Shown one piece after another: positions 1 through 12,680 of a stretch of 64,000 bases of DNA. The DNA is from Fimbriosthenelais zetlandica (lineage: Eukaryota), in NCBI GenBank assembly GCA_977030845.1, contig OZ365116.1, positions 16,492,001 through 16,556,000 on the forward strand. The letters are read 5' to 3'. Both the position numbers and the translations under genes were made by a program. Every line of letters starts with the position of its first letter. The first letter of the stretch is position 1. The notes under the pieces are model-generated. The model saw only the letters and a list, made by a program, of their open reading frames with translations, did not search any database and had not been told where the DNA came from.

Positions 1-742
1 AGGGAAGAGAGACGGCAACCACCACTCCCCATTCCTCACTCTATTAACCTTCGTGAACACAACATGTTTCCATCGGTTGCCAGTTCGCATTTGTTTATCT
101 TTCATAATAGTTGGCCAGATCCTATGGCATTTTGTCATCAAGAAGCTGTCTTATCTCAAAAAGGATCTTTTTAATATTATCTTTGGGGGAGATGGCACAC
201 AACTAATTGACAAAAAAGCAAGATAGCAAGAAGTATTTTGTCTTGGGAAATAACAGTATTTCACTTTTCAAAGTGAGTCATACTTCTGCTATTTTTCCAT
301 CTGAATGTCACACTCACTTTGATTTAAAAATCAGAAGAAGAGACCGCATTCCTGACATTCATAAAATTCCTCTCTATATGAAGAGACCAGAGAAGAAACT
401 CACTCTATGATTGTCTACTGTATAAGACAGAAGACCAAATATGACAAGCCAAAAATGAAAGGTCACATTCTATATGACCGTCCCAAACCTTTTCCACACC
501 GACTCCTATAGGAAGTGACATTTTACATTTGAATGCGGAACTTGAAAAGACGACCTAAGTGGCTATAACACTATGACAGATCCAAGCCCCGCTTCCTTGC
601 ATCCCTTTGTGTGGAAAAAACATGCATGCACATTTATAGCTGGATGCTATTTAGTTCTGATTTAGATCTCAGTTTTTCGTGCTCCCACCTGAATTAAGAT
701 ATAGTGACTTTCAGTTGTTAAGTTTTCTAACGCAAATGTGTC

Positions 743-1340
743 CTATGTGAATGTCGTGCCTTCTAACCCCAGCCCTTTTAGGCAGTTTTTACTATTCCTT
801 GTCATTGTTATATAGTTCTCACTGGCCTTGACAAATGTCAGTTGCACAGAAGGCAAGTTATAGATGATTACAAGAATCGCAACCAGTAGATCATGGGTAT
901 ATATATGGCCATGTCTGACACGCACCTACAGCCATACTATGTTACAATTCTGACAGGAGTACAGAAAAATATTATGATGATTGTAAGTCCTGCGGATGGA
1001 AACACCATGCCTGAGAAAGACTGGGATTTAAGAGTTATGAGCCTATCTTTTGAAAAGGAGTGAGGTTGGGGCCTGGCCGGGCAGATTGCCTTGATAAATC
1101 GGTGATGGAATGATGTTCTCTGGCCTTTCCTCTGGCCTGCTGAGACCATCGATTTTATATTATCAACCAGCTTTCCCGGATCACCTGAAAACGGGTTTGA
1201 ATCAAGATCCAGCGTGATCAGAATGTAACCGAGGGTAAAAAGGAACAGAGGGAAGGATCTCCCGGCCATAGAGAATGGGGCATTTCTAACACATTACTTC
1301 ACATAGCTCATCAGGCTTTTTGGTAACAATTTGTCATTAT
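743..1340 (-). mobile_element. Penelope-like retroelement RT fossil
   Basis: Motifs in the expected order: IVTKKPDE (~IVIKPADKGG, 1300-1330); ORF 937-1269 LDSNP...KSMVSAGQRKG...CPARPQPHSFSK (~DPT...GII...P..P.FY.LPKIHK); ORF 743-925 VRHGHIYTH...ENYITM...KGLGLEGTTF (~DV.SLYT...NYF.F..Q..GTAMGT.F). Confidence 0.7.
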
Positions 1341-2140
1341 TTTTCACTGGTGTGAAGTGTATGTTTCCCTATGTAATCTGTATACTTCAGTATAATTGAA
1401 GTTCCCTTTGCTGTACTGCAGTATAATCACTGTCTCTCTCCTGTCTTTAAATCTCACATATGGCCAGAGGGTTTAGTCAGGAACATTTTGAGAATGTTCT
1501 CCAATCCTCCTGGCTCTTATGTACATATATGCAGGAGGAAGTGTAGCACGAAGCAAAGCTAAAACATTGTTGGTTATGGTGCTTCCATACTTATCCTCTG
1601 ATCGGCTATATAATGCAGCCTTTCTAATGTTTGAAATCCGTGATGCAGTATTTGTAAATATCAGATATTTATTAAAATATAGAAAGATAACTACGTGTGT
1701 AATTCGTAAAAATCAATCCAAGAAATAGGTGCCAAAAAATTCAGTCTGAAAATTCATTAAACCAGACAATGAGGTTGCTGAATCCATGTTCGTTGGGTTA
1801 CTAGAGGCATATTTGTTCGCTATTTATAATGTAGGACTGAACAGATTAGTAATGAATTTCTATGCACACTCAGTGGAACTATTTTCCCCCAGTTTTGTCG
1901 GGAGTTGCTCAGGAATGTTGCTGGCTTATATAATGGAGCAGTAGCGCAGAGAGACATGTTATAGTCCTCACAAGCTCTACTACCCACACACAGAATGAAC
2001 ATACACTCATCTACACATGATCTGGTGACACCATTTCCAATAATCACGTCACGTGAGAGTCTGATACAGTTTTGCTTACATTTGAATCACCTCATTTCGG
2101 GCATGCTGATACTGTGCAGGATGCGTGACTCAGTGAAATG

Positions 2141-2210
2141 CGATCTAGCTCAGTCAGTGAAAGCACCTGCTCGTTATACAACAAAAGGTCCCGGGTTCAA
2201 ACCCTGAACA
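2141..2210 (+). mobile_element. tRNA-derived SINE head (decayed)
   Basis: A-box-like TAGCTCAGTCAGTGAAAGC (2146) and B-box-like GGGTTCAAACCC (2193-2204) at tRNA spacing; no convincing cloverleaf or acceptor stem. Confidence 0.6.
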
Positions 2211-2924
2211 TTGCTAGGTAGATTTACACCACTGCTGATATAGTCTCCCACCAGCTGTACATTAAGAATAAATCAGCTGAACAGAATGCTACTTATTATT
2301 CCATGTAGAAGCTCACCCCAACAAATCATGGCTATTGCTGCTAGCTGGTATGCAGTTGGAACATGGCCCTCTGAAATGCATAAAGATAGAAAAAAACGTA
2401 TATTCAGACTAGATGCTTGATCCCTGCGTAATATTTCCCTTAATCACTGTAATGCTTCAGTTTATCCCTAAAGACTTTTATATCCTCATTGTTTTTTAAG
2501 TTGTGTGTCATGAATTTTATTTCTACTAAAAGGTGTTAAGTGTTAAGAATGAAGTATGAAGTTTTTTTTATACCATGTCAGCCCAGTAATATTGCAGCTC
2601 TTCTTTTTTTTCAAATTTCTCGATGAGAAAATGTACCATCACTTAGTAGTGTGCCTCTCAGCTGACAGTCATTCCAAACATGAGCAACTAAATGGGAAAC
2701 GGGCAGATCTTTGTAATGATTGCGAGCTGCCATGCGTGATGCCGAAAAAGAGAAACAGAAAGCATTAAAATGAATTGATAAACTCATTTCCTCCTATCGG
2801 TTCCAAGTGAGAATGAGGTTAAAAAGTACCATTTTTATTTCTGTTAATTCACGAGCCATCTGCCTGGCAAAATACCATCATTCAACATGATAGGGAGACA
2901 TGCTATGGGACCTTATAGGACCCT

Positions 2925-3200
2925 TCAATAGCCCCGAGTTTCACAAATTGATGTTGGCAGTGTTGCAGAAATTATATATAGTAATGTGAGTGAAATTAAA
3001 TATGGGAAAGGAGAGCAAATAATCAAATTTTTCAAGACCTTCTTGATTGCTATTGTAAAGTTTTGTCCATTGACAAAAGGATCTATTGTTACTGATTTGA
3101 AACTGACGTTGGTAATGCGAAACATTCGGCTTACATTTACATTCTTCCTAAATGAAACATCAAATGACATTTTTGCGTATTTAGTTTTCACTCAGAGGCA
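2925..3200 (-). mobile_element. Penelope-like GIY-YIG endonuclease fossil
   Basis: ORF 2925-3191 VSFKSVTIDPFVNGQNFTIAIKKVLKNLIICSPFPYLI resembles F.S...G..F.I.....VIY.I.C.C. Confidence 0.35.
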
Positions 3201-3407
3201 GGTGTCAATTCTTGACCATGAAGTTTGAGATGTTCATGGTGTTCTCAAAATTCTATTACGGGGCTGAACAAAATTGAAAGGCCTTGGCAATAGACCTCAG
3301 CAATTCATACGGTTACATTGTATGCTTTCACTAATATTGCTTAATACGGCGAACACTTACAGAAATGTGTAGATTACTGTGTAGATTAGTGATTACTGCC
3401 TGAAAAT

Positions 3408-3470
3408 TGTGTGATTCAAACCCACAACCTTGAGTGATAGCGTTGGTGCTGTGTCTACCGCTGTTTGAAG
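3408..3470 (-). mobile_element. tRNA-derived SINE head (decayed)
   Basis: Minus strand reads CAGCGGTAGACAC...GGTTGTGGGTTTGAATCAC, i.e. A-box-like and B-box-like elements. Confidence 0.45.
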
Positions 3471-4346
3471 GTGGGCATTTAGCAGGACAATACAATAAAG
3501 TGAGAGTGATTGGGCCAACTAGAGGAGCGGTACACGTGCCGTAATTGGGTCCATTATCATGTATAAAATGGCTTGTGGAATGTCCCAAACTTTTTGAATG
3601 GGACTAGTCTGTCGCCGGCACTTGAGAATTAATAGTTCCACTTTTTTCTCATCTTAAATCCATGGTGAATTATCAGCATTACCTAGCCGAATTAAATTGC
3701 CAAAGAGACGGAGCAATCACTATTTTTTTTGCTCCAATGCGCTCGTCTGAGCAACCAGACCCTTCGAAAATGGCTGCCAAATAAGGGAACATTTAAGAAT
3801 AGGTGTTTCTCTACCTCATTATCATCACCTATAATATAATGGGGTGTTGATTTAAATATAAACCTCCATGCACAACCATACGTTAAAGCTTTGTTTTGCA
3901 ATGACCTCATTGCCCAGTGGCATCTACCTACATTGAGTTTTGTCCTTGTGGGCTTGATGTGTAATTATTAAATCCATTATGGTAAGTGTGTTTACAAGAA
4001 GGGACCACAAACCATCATCTGTCACTTGCCAAGATGGCCGTCATTGCCATGGCTGTGTGTGGTGAGGAATCATTCTGCTCATCCGCGGGTCTCATGTCGT
4101 CACACCTTCATCACGGCTGTGAATAATCACCCGTCCATCTCCTTTCTCACACTCACTGAAGCCCTCACTGACCCATGACCTTTCCATAGGGTACCTTACA
4201 AGTTAAGACGAAGCACTCAAGTCCAAATCCAATGATTAACACCACTCAGGTCTCACGAGCATAAGATAGCACATTGCAGCAGCAGATGTCAAATGACAGA
4301 ATGTCTATTATACGACCAAAAATGTGCACAAGAAACTATCTTTTTC

Positions 4347-4800
4347 CTAAATGTGTCCAGAAATGGCACTAGGAAGCGGGAGGAGCATGGCAATTTCTCT
4401 CCTCCAATATGACGGCCCGTAGCCTAATCTCTTGTCTTGCGTGAGACATTTTGTCTTGGCATCCTTCCCTCTCAGCCGTACATACATCTCCGTGGCCCTC
4501 AGCCAGGATGCCTGATCCCAGCCAGAAGGAATGGCCATTATGGTAAGTTAGCATGCTTATTACATGCACTGCCATGGGTCAGATGATAAAATGATGGGTT
4601 ACCATACTGACCTGCCCCGCCCTCCTCCCTTCCCATGGTGTCCACAAAATCCGTATGTAATAGAGACGGGCAAGGCCCACTCGTTTATTCGGCATCCATT
4701 TCGCCCTGCTTTTTAAGCAGGTTCTATTGGCGGGGCGAGGTAGAGGAAGTTGGACACGAGGTTGACATTTAGGCAAAAGATACACTGACGTCTTAAGGTT
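4347..4800 (-). mobile_element. Possible PIF/Harbinger Myb/SANT-like ORF fossil
   Basis: MPNKRVGLARL... followed by GWDQASWLRATEMYVRLRGKDAKTKCLTQDKRL loosely fits the Harbinger Myb motif (W..IA..V......R....CKK.W.D.KR); adjacent GTCTTAAG motif at ~4790. Confidence 0.3.
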
Positions 4801-5529
4801 TGAAGACAGGCCTCAAAACCCCCAAATGCCTTCATTGTATGAACGAGCTTCCTTGGTGTAAATTATCCACAGATTGAGCCATAAGATACTAAAGGCTATA
4901 GTCATATAGAAATTCTCTTAAAGGCTATACTAAGGTCGTCCACATTGCTAGGTGCCATATGTGCTAAATATATACTTTATGGTGCTGCTGCCACCGTCAT
5001 ATTGAGCTAGGCAAACTTTATGTTTTATTAGAAAACTAGTATTAATTCGCCAACACTGCAGCACTTAGTGCTAGGCTAACGTTGTTCTAGACCCACCCCT
5101 AAGATCTACGACCATTAAATTATCCTTAATCTTTATTTCTTCTTGGGAATATGGGGCTTAGAGCTTAGAGGCCCTCCACTCTGTCCCACACCTCCACTCA
5201 TCATCTCTACTCCCATACAAAGACCTTCCTACGTTTCAACATTTCACCAGATTTACTCGTACATATTTGTCCACGTTTCTGTGTGCTCTTTCCTGTATTC
5301 CTGTATTCAGTATTTCGATAAATAATTTAAAAGTAGGAGAGATGAGTTTAGAAGCATGTTACAGAGTGAGTAAGCCTCACCGGCATTTTGAGTTAGACGA
5401 CAATAATGGGCCCCCTGGGGCCATAAAGCTGATATCTACAGGAGCCAAAGTCCTGCATACTTACATGAAGGACAGCTCTCTAGTGCCTCGAGAGGTCATG
5501 AAGGATATACCCTAGTCGAAGAAAACTTA

Positions 5530-5835
5530 AGAAGGTGCAAGTTGACAGTAAAACATGTCTTAGGTCCCTACTGCAATTAAAGCCACCATTTTAAGACCAA
5601 TATATCACCCTCACCAATGTGACTTACAACTCACTGGTTAAAATGTCACCCACCCTATGTCTTGCTAAGACCATAATTTCAAAATTTACAAGCTCTTTTG
5701 TTGAACTAGAAAGGTGTAGATCTAGTGAATTAATAAAGGCAGTGCTTAAAGACGAGTTTCTAAACATGTCTTGAGGGTAGATCAACTTTACGTAGAAAAT
5801 ACTTTTTTAGGGATTACTTTATGCTCTTAAGACCT
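5530..5835. mobile_element. TCTTAAG-motif-rich segment, possible Harbinger-type non-autonomous element remnant
   Basis: Cluster of related words: catgtcttagg, ttttaagacc, atgtcttgctaagacc, gcttaaagacg, catgtcttgagg, gctcttaagacc. The family assignment is recalled resemblance only. Confidence 0.3.
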
Positions 5836-6389
5836 CAGCGGAGGCGGGGGCCTCCTCTTGTTAAATTGAATTGGTTTTAGTTGAAGTGAATGCCATTTTA
5901 AGAATGTATTATAATGCCTCTTACAGACTGGGGTAAAGGTATCATTATATCTTTGTCATGCGAAGGTAGACTTAAAATATTAATCGTAGTGCATTTTGGC
6001 TGCTGGGTCAAGGCTGGTGGCTCGTTGGAGCTGGAGGTATGTCATGCATGTAAGACATGCCATTTCTTTGGTGTGCCATTCAGATTTAATGTGCAGATTT
6101 AAAAGCTTTGAACTATATTTACTATTGCCATTGCATGAAATCGAGTATTGATATAAGGAATATACTAAACCATATGCTGAAAAAATACTAATCCATCTGG
6201 TAAGAACTGCAGCCAGTTGAATATTTTCAAATGGCACTCAGAAAAAAGAACTAGGCCAGCAGAGAATAACCATGAGCCCTTTAATGATCTGAGAGGCTGG
6301 ATAAAGGTGCAACTGTAACATTGTGATACACTGATGAGAACTCTACATCACATCACGTACATGTTAGTCCCTGCCATCTACACCCTGTC

Positions 6390-6570
6390 CATCCACTGTA
6401 AGGAGTGGTACAGGGATTACATCACATCCACTGTGAGGCCTAGTATGAGGCAAGTAGTCATGGCAAGCCTTTTGGTAGAGATGCACTGATTTCTCACACA
6501 TCCACTATGCGGCCTACTCTCTGGCAAGCCTTTTGGAAAGGCCTTTGGCATGGATGCACTGAGGCCTCAA
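6390..6570 (+). repeat. Degenerate tandem duplication, period ~74 bp
   Basis: cacatccact.tg.ggcct at 6423 and 6497; ggcaagccttttgg at 6462 and 6523; gatgcactga at 6480 and 6553; partial catccactgt at 6390. Confidence 0.75.
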
Positions 6571-8239
6571 AACCAGCCAGTATATTTTGTGGGTAGGATT
6601 GTTTTAAAGAAAAAGCCCTTATAAAGCTAATGACTATGTCATATTGGTGGACATGACTATATAGCCAATGATAATGGCATCTCTATGATTCACCAGTTAG
6701 ACAGCATCACTAAAAACATCCTTGTCCTACATGTCAGTTATATGTGTAGTCCAAAAGAGATCCAGCACATATAGGCATTTTACTTTGAGCACAATTTGAG
6801 GCAGAGTGTAGAGAGGGGGAAACATGCGTGTAATAGTGCCCGGGAGTGACTGGCAAGAGAACAAATGACATTTCCCCTCCCTGCCTCACGCCCTTCTCTC
6901 ACGCCTCTAATAGCCATACACTTATACCACACGGGACGGCCTTATTCCCCATATATATCTAGCAAGCCTCCCAATAGCCTTCTCCAGGCAAGGCAAGCCA
7001 AGCCAAGCCTACAGCCATGCCAGAACACATAAAACAACCCTCCCTATACAATAACCTGTCTCCTTACCTCACATTAAATTGCCATATCTTCAATCTTGTA
7101 GTGGAGTTTGTTTTTGAGGCCGGGATTTTTATAAAGCCATGCATGTTCTTGGGTGGTGAATTTTGTGTGAACCAGTTCTTCCTCTCTCTGTGTAGGAAGC
7201 TCCATTGTGCTGGTTGCTGGAATAGTGACAAGTAGGAGTGGGCTGAGAGTATGGAAGGAAATTGTTTGTTTGCTCAAGGCCGCTATATATGTAGCACTAG
7301 AAAGTAGGGAGGGAGAGGAAGAGATCTTGTATGCTGACATATAAAAATAGTTATAGCTACGATCTTTTGCTTCTGCTTCGTGAAAATCAAAGGGGCCTAT
7401 TGTACAACTGATATTTTCTCACTTGCGGGAACTATGAACATATATCCAACATTAAAGAGTCCGTGAAAACTGTTTGCTGAGGCCAATGCTCAGACTGATG
7501 ACCTTTGGGTTAGATTGCCATCCATTTCCTCTCAATATAATTTTATTATCCGGTCGGTTCATGATCAGGCAGCTCATGAACACCCCTTTAATTCTCAGAT
7601 GTGCCAGTTTCCAAGACCTCATTAAGTCGCTTTAAGTGGTTTGGCTTTAATTGTACCGGGTGGAAATTACAAGAATCCACCAACCTAATGCATGTGATTG
7701 CCATCTCCACCAATACCCAAGGGAACGAGGAAATGTGCCTGTTATTTGTATGTATATGTGAATGAGTCCATTTCCAAATAGGGAAGAGGTGAGAGCATGT
7801 ATGCTGTAACAGTATAAAGCTTTCTTCTCTCGATTTATCCTACACCCCCATCATTTGCCCATGGCAGCCCAGTAAATAAGAACCAAAGACACTTTTATCA
7901 GGTGCTAGAATAGTAAAAAAAACAACAACAGAGCTACGACTGAACTAGGCGAGGCAATAACTTGTGGTGGAGGGAAATAATAATTGCTCGCGTTTTCCTG
8001 AGTTGGTCGTGTATGGCAGGAGGACGATAACATCTTGCTGCAGGCTTGTAACCATCGTCATCTTTGTCAGTAATGTCGGTTTGTCCTGAGGTGCTGTCTT
8101 TCCGCTCTGTTATAACACTTGCCCAACAATCAATACATTTTTTAAATTATACTTTCTTCATCTGGATTAATATTACAGATCTTTCCTGTTTCAAGGAGGA
8201 TATCGAATTAAATAAATGTATATAATCAAAAAAAATATC

Positions 8240-9160
8240 CTGGGGTTTTGAGCTTTTACTGATTTTCCTGAGATATAAACTTGGGAATAAAGAGTTTACT
8301 ATGGTGAATCAAAAGCACCATTTACCTTATGGAAAACCCTCAGTCCATCTTATGGTATGTACACTGAAGCAAAAATAGAACAAAGAACGAAGGTTGGTGG
8401 AAAGAAGCGAAGCCCAGGGCTCAAATCAAAGACACCTCAAACAAAGAACCACAGAAGGTTGCCAGTATCAATATAAAGGTCATACGAGAGGCCTCAGAGT
8501 AAGGGGTGCATGTCTTTCACCAGGAACCTCGATTCGCCAGTCCCGCTGCTATGGATATGATCATTGGAATGCAGAAGTGTTGGTAGCTTTTGACGTTAAG
8601 ATCAGCATGCCTGCCAATTACGCCCTCAGCCTAGACTTGGAACCCACTGAAAAAAAATCTGCGCCCTTCAAAGATACTATAGCCTCTACTACTGGACACA
8701 AGATTGATTCCGTCTAATTGAATTTCCCCGAAATCACTGGGGGAAAAAGTGAAGGGGTCTGGTGCAGAACTAGCTGTCAAATATGTCAGAGAGAGCGGGG
8801 TCAGGAGTAGCCGAGTTGTACGGCGGTCAGGATCGGGGGTATTTTTTTGAGGAAAGTGCTCACAAAGGGTTGTCAATATTCTGGATTGTTTCCCAGCACG
8901 TGATAGTGAACGATCACACAACTGAGCTCAGGGGAGTAAGGGGGGATAGATCCCCAGGGATCACTGAACAGTATGGTTATTTTACCCAGGCATGACTGGG
9001 ACTATGTTGTCAGAGGGGGGAGCCTTTAGATGTGGGCTAACTGGGGGACAAGCAGAACAGGATAGGGGCTGGATCCACCGAGATCCTAATGGTCTCAACA
9101 TCCAGGATGTCCTTGGAGGTCTATGAGTTGTACCTAGGACGGATCGTGTTAGAGGTGGTA
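8240..9160 (-). mobile_element. DIRS-type (Ngaro-like) tyrosine-recombinase retrotransposon, gag/RT fossil
   Basis: Ordered frameshifted motifs: SCSACPP (gag Cys/His-like); DGINLVSSSRGYSIFEG (~DGID.....Y.SFD.A); ADL...LLHSND (~ADI.SAF.LLPVHP.D); FLVKDMHP (~F.VD.CLP); ggactgagggt...gattca (~KTEGP...IDS). Confidence 0.5.
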
Positions 9161-9431
9161 TCACGGATGACCTTTTTGGCTGTCATTGGTAGATCTCTGC
9201 TCGGGGTGGCCTAAGTAACCCATGTCAGTAGATTTGTTCAGTCGATCCGGGGTCTTAGTTTTGAGGGTGAAGGAGCAGCTCAATTGTGGCCCACTGTGGT
9301 CGGACTGTATCCTGGACTGTTTCATCTGTCACACTGATCAGATTGAACCATATCTGGTGGAATTTAGATGCCACTTTAAAGCTATTGGCCTCGACTCATC
9401 CTAATGCTCCATATTTGTGAGTTGGTCGTAG

Positions 9432-9668
9432 CTAAATATACAAAGTACTTGACTGTTGAAGTACTCTGCAGATTGACATTTTGTTTATCATCTTGGTGCC
9501 ATACTTTCGAATAATATATTGCAACATATTGGACTTGTACAATACTGAATATGCTAGGTGTGAAGATATGAAGGTATAATAAATACTGAAGAACCAGACC
9601 CGTTTATAGATGATCTTGACTGATCCAGGTGTATTACACCGCCTACAGCCCATCACATACTGACACAC
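9432..9668 (-). mobile_element. Penelope-like GIY-YIG fossil
   Basis: GCRRCNT...FFSIYYTFISSH..YSVLYKSNMLQYII resembles CG.C..C...F.S...FI.C.S..V.Y.I.CPC.LQYVG. Confidence 0.4.
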
Positions 9669-10018
9669 AGTGTGCTCACATTACTATCAGATGTCTAAGC
9701 TGTCCTTGTACAGTTCTCATTATATATTTGTTGGTCTGAATTTTTATTGCAGCATATTTTATTTAAACTGATATCCCGGCAGATATTGTCTATGTTTTCC
9801 GTGCCGCAGGTAACTCGCCTATATTTAAGTAAGGACTCTAATCTACTCTATAGCTGTCTCCAGGCCCCGGGCTTGTAAATCCCTGCTAATTGCTAGTCAG
9901 TTCAAGATTAATCTTCGGGCTTATATTTTCTCTGTAAGGAAGGACGGGTTGTTAAAAACGAGAGCGAAGCATGGTTGTCAATTTGCTTCCAGGCGTTCTG
10001 ATTTGCAGGACCGTCTGT

Positions 10019-10800
10019 TCAAGCAGTGTTAATTTCCCAAGGGAGGGAAAAAGTTGGAGGAAAAAGGAGTCTTTTTGACAAAATCAGACTTGTGCAGTCA
10101 TTCTCGGGTAGGCCATGCCATAGCACAGTAAGGCATTTTCGTTTAGGCCACAAGGTCCATGCATAATTACATGTACTTAAATGAGCTCCACCGAGGTCTA
10201 ACGATGCCTCATATTGTACGTTTCCAAAGACTGCCTGAGACAAGGACCACCCAAAACAGAAACAATTAGCGCTATATACCAATCCGTACGTCTTCTGCTG
10301 TGAAGACCTCGGTGGATCTATAGCCTTTTGGTAATGTGGTCTTAGCACTGTACAATTAGATTAGGTGCAACATGTGGGTGGAAGTTATAGCATGATTGGT
10401 GATAAATCAGTGGATAAGAATATAGAGAGATGGGAATATTGCTGGGGTAGGCAATATTTCCTGGACCTAGGGCTGTGTACTGGGCTAGAAGAGAAGCTTT
10501 GGTTATCACAATGATGTGATAAATTAGGCCTGATATGTGGTTGATGAAACGCAGGCGATTGGCACATCGCCGCACACCAATGCATATCACAGCGGGCTAA
10601 AGGTGAAAGACAAGGAATATATTGTCCTACAACACAACATCATGTACAATTCCACGTGCACGTGTTTTATTATTTATTTATTAAAAAAAACGGCCATATT
10701 TTTTGTTAATCATTTGTTCACATTATTCTGTTCATGTACTCATTTATTTATCAGCCTTGACGACGGGTTACGGGTACCAGATCTTGACATAGCTTCTAAT
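10019..10800 (-). mobile_element. Penelope-like RT-thumb/linker/GIY-YIG fossil
   Basis: In order: SRLINK (RGYP region); RLRFINHIS...ITKASLLAQYTALG (~RFIT.Y...I.KHW.IL..DP.L); GLVYSANCFC (~GVVY.A.CPC); LLFPPTFSLPWEINT (~WIF.L.TL.P.GLN). Confidence 0.65.
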
Positions 10801-12199
10801 TTATAAAGGCAGTTCTGACATTTCTTTGGCAGTTGTTCTATAAGTTAGCGTCTCCCTATCAACTTGTCTCATTAGCTTGATCAAGCTCCCACTCCCCCGT
10901 TCCAATTAACGGTGAAGAATCGTGGTCGATATAGCCCGACCGTCATATCCAATGGCGAACTGCAGACTCAGATGAGTTTTCTCGATTGCAATTAGGAGAA
11001 TATGGCTGAGAGGTACTACTATAGCCTGGAAATGTGGCCAAATTGCCTCTTCATTAAGCCAGGATGGTGCACATTTTATTTCTTCTTCACTTGTTGGAAT
11101 CCATGGGATGGTAATCCATTTAGTAATGCAAAAGCGACTGATCTTGATTTGATCTAATTTGGGTATTTATGTCGCATCATGATATTTTATGTCAGGTCCT
11201 CTTGTCGAGCGATGTTTTGGGCAGATAATGGACATGTTTAGTCATGGAACCCTGCGTGGGTGGCATTCCCGAGACCATCGTGTGTCCATACGATGGCAGT
11301 CACATGATAGTTTATGATGCCCTCACGAAGGCCCGATGTTTATACGATGTATAATCGTATGTCCATCGGCTGTCAAAATCGGGACAGTATGACGCAGACA
11401 AGAGGTTTCCTAAATATGTGGTATTTTAGGCCTTATTACCTTTTTTCTTTATCAATCCACAGTTCTTCCACCCGTAATTCTTTTATGCAAATCGGCCCAA
11501 AGGGCCAGTCATTGATTGATTTATGCATGTAACTTTTGCATTAATGTTCATCCCTATTGCCAGCCTGATGTATTTATATTCATGGCACATTTTTCCTTTG
11601 TTGCCACACTTTGATATTTAGCACAAAAGTGTCATCCAGCCCTTAACCCTCACCCAGTCACTTCAGACATAAAATGCACAGACCCACTCCCATATCCATC
11701 ACTTCATTATTTCATTACATTTCCTGTCACAACTTGTCCAAAGCCAATTGCGGTCAATTTGACCGTGGCTCGTCGAACCATCGAGATACACGGCCAGGAT
11801 TTGTCATTCTTTTCTGCTTATTGGTCATGGCGGGATGGGGCTTGTGGGCGATGGTAAAAGTAGCTTGTGTGATGATCAATAGGGCTGATCAATCCTCGAC
11901 CATCCATCACAATACGGCTCTGATAGTCCCAACCCCCACGCTCAACGTGTAGCCATCACAAATAGAGGTATCGCGATATGGCTTCAAATCAGACAGCTTG
12001 CCTTTCCCTCTCCTTCCCTCTTACTGATGGATCATTTTCCCCTCTGGCTGGTCAGTTGGGGGAGGTGGGGGTGAGAGGATGGGCTGATGGGTGTAGGATG
12101 GGAGAGCGGGCTTAAGCCCTGGACTCCAGGCTTCTAAGGAAATTTAACCTGGAAGCCACGAAAAACATTTTGTTCTGTCTGGCCAATATAATCCTGGTG

Positions 12200-12680
12200 T
12201 GTGGCACTCAATTGTTCAGGAAGTCTGCTTTGACATTTAGATGTTTTTGTTTTCGAAAGCCAGACTTTAAATTCTATCCAAGACATCGGCTAAATATGGC
12301 CTGGTTAATTAAGGTATACATGTATACGGTAATTCGTTGGGATAAAACACCTTAATGGACTTTTAAATTGGACAAATTAATCCAATGAACACTTGAATCC
12401 AACAGATCTTTCGTGCGCGCCCTTTAATTGTACCATTATGCCTTGATGTCCAATTGCTGCAATTTGGTAATTCAGACTGAACCAAGTTATCAATTCACTT
12501 TCCAGCTTTCCACCAGATAAGACAATTGAGTCTTTCACTGCAATTGACGTGTTGTCAAACGCCTTTTTGCATGTTGTCTTTTTTATTCGCACACTTACCA
12601 TTTATCATTAGAACATCGTTTCAGTTTGACGACACTATCATTTTCCCCTGCGATAAACACCCCTTGTCTTTAATTGTCAA
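12200..12680 (-). mobile_element. L1/Tx1-clade LINE RT fossil
   Basis: QGVFIAGENDS (~Q.GFI.GR...DN) about 35 codons before KKAFDN...LESELITW (~EKAFD...FI.WI), then a decayed QGC.LSP-like stretch. Confidence 0.5.

Noticed and set aside
541-575. U3-A8 variant hammerhead-like word (cTTGAAAAgacgacc taagt ggct ataac)
   Set aside because: The GAAA core has two mismatches and there is no stem I. Too decayed to support.
1286-1318. Hammerhead-ribozyme-like motif on minus strand (CTGATGA-gc tat gt-GAAG)
   Set aside because: The same bases translate as IVTKKPDE, the expected IVIKPADK motif of the adjacent Penelope RT. GAAA and stem I are also imperfect.
2141-2210. Functional tRNA gene (applies to all tRNA-like heads listed)
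   Set aside because: The acceptor, anticodon and D stems do not pair convincingly. Treated as SINE heads or pseudogenes.
4809-6574. 12-mer ggcctcaaaacc shared between 4809 and 6563
   Set aside because: Many 12-mer matches are expected by chance in 64 kb, and the flanks do not extend.
5980-7750. Possible L1 C-terminal/zinc-knuckle remnants (5980-6237 minus; VWKEI at ~7250 plus; 7550-7750 minus)
   Set aside because: Only one or two short motif words each, in inconsistent orientation. Below my threshold.
10860-11450. Possible RTE/L2-type RT remnant on minus strand
   Set aside because: Only a vague QAGF-like word, with no ordered series of motifs.
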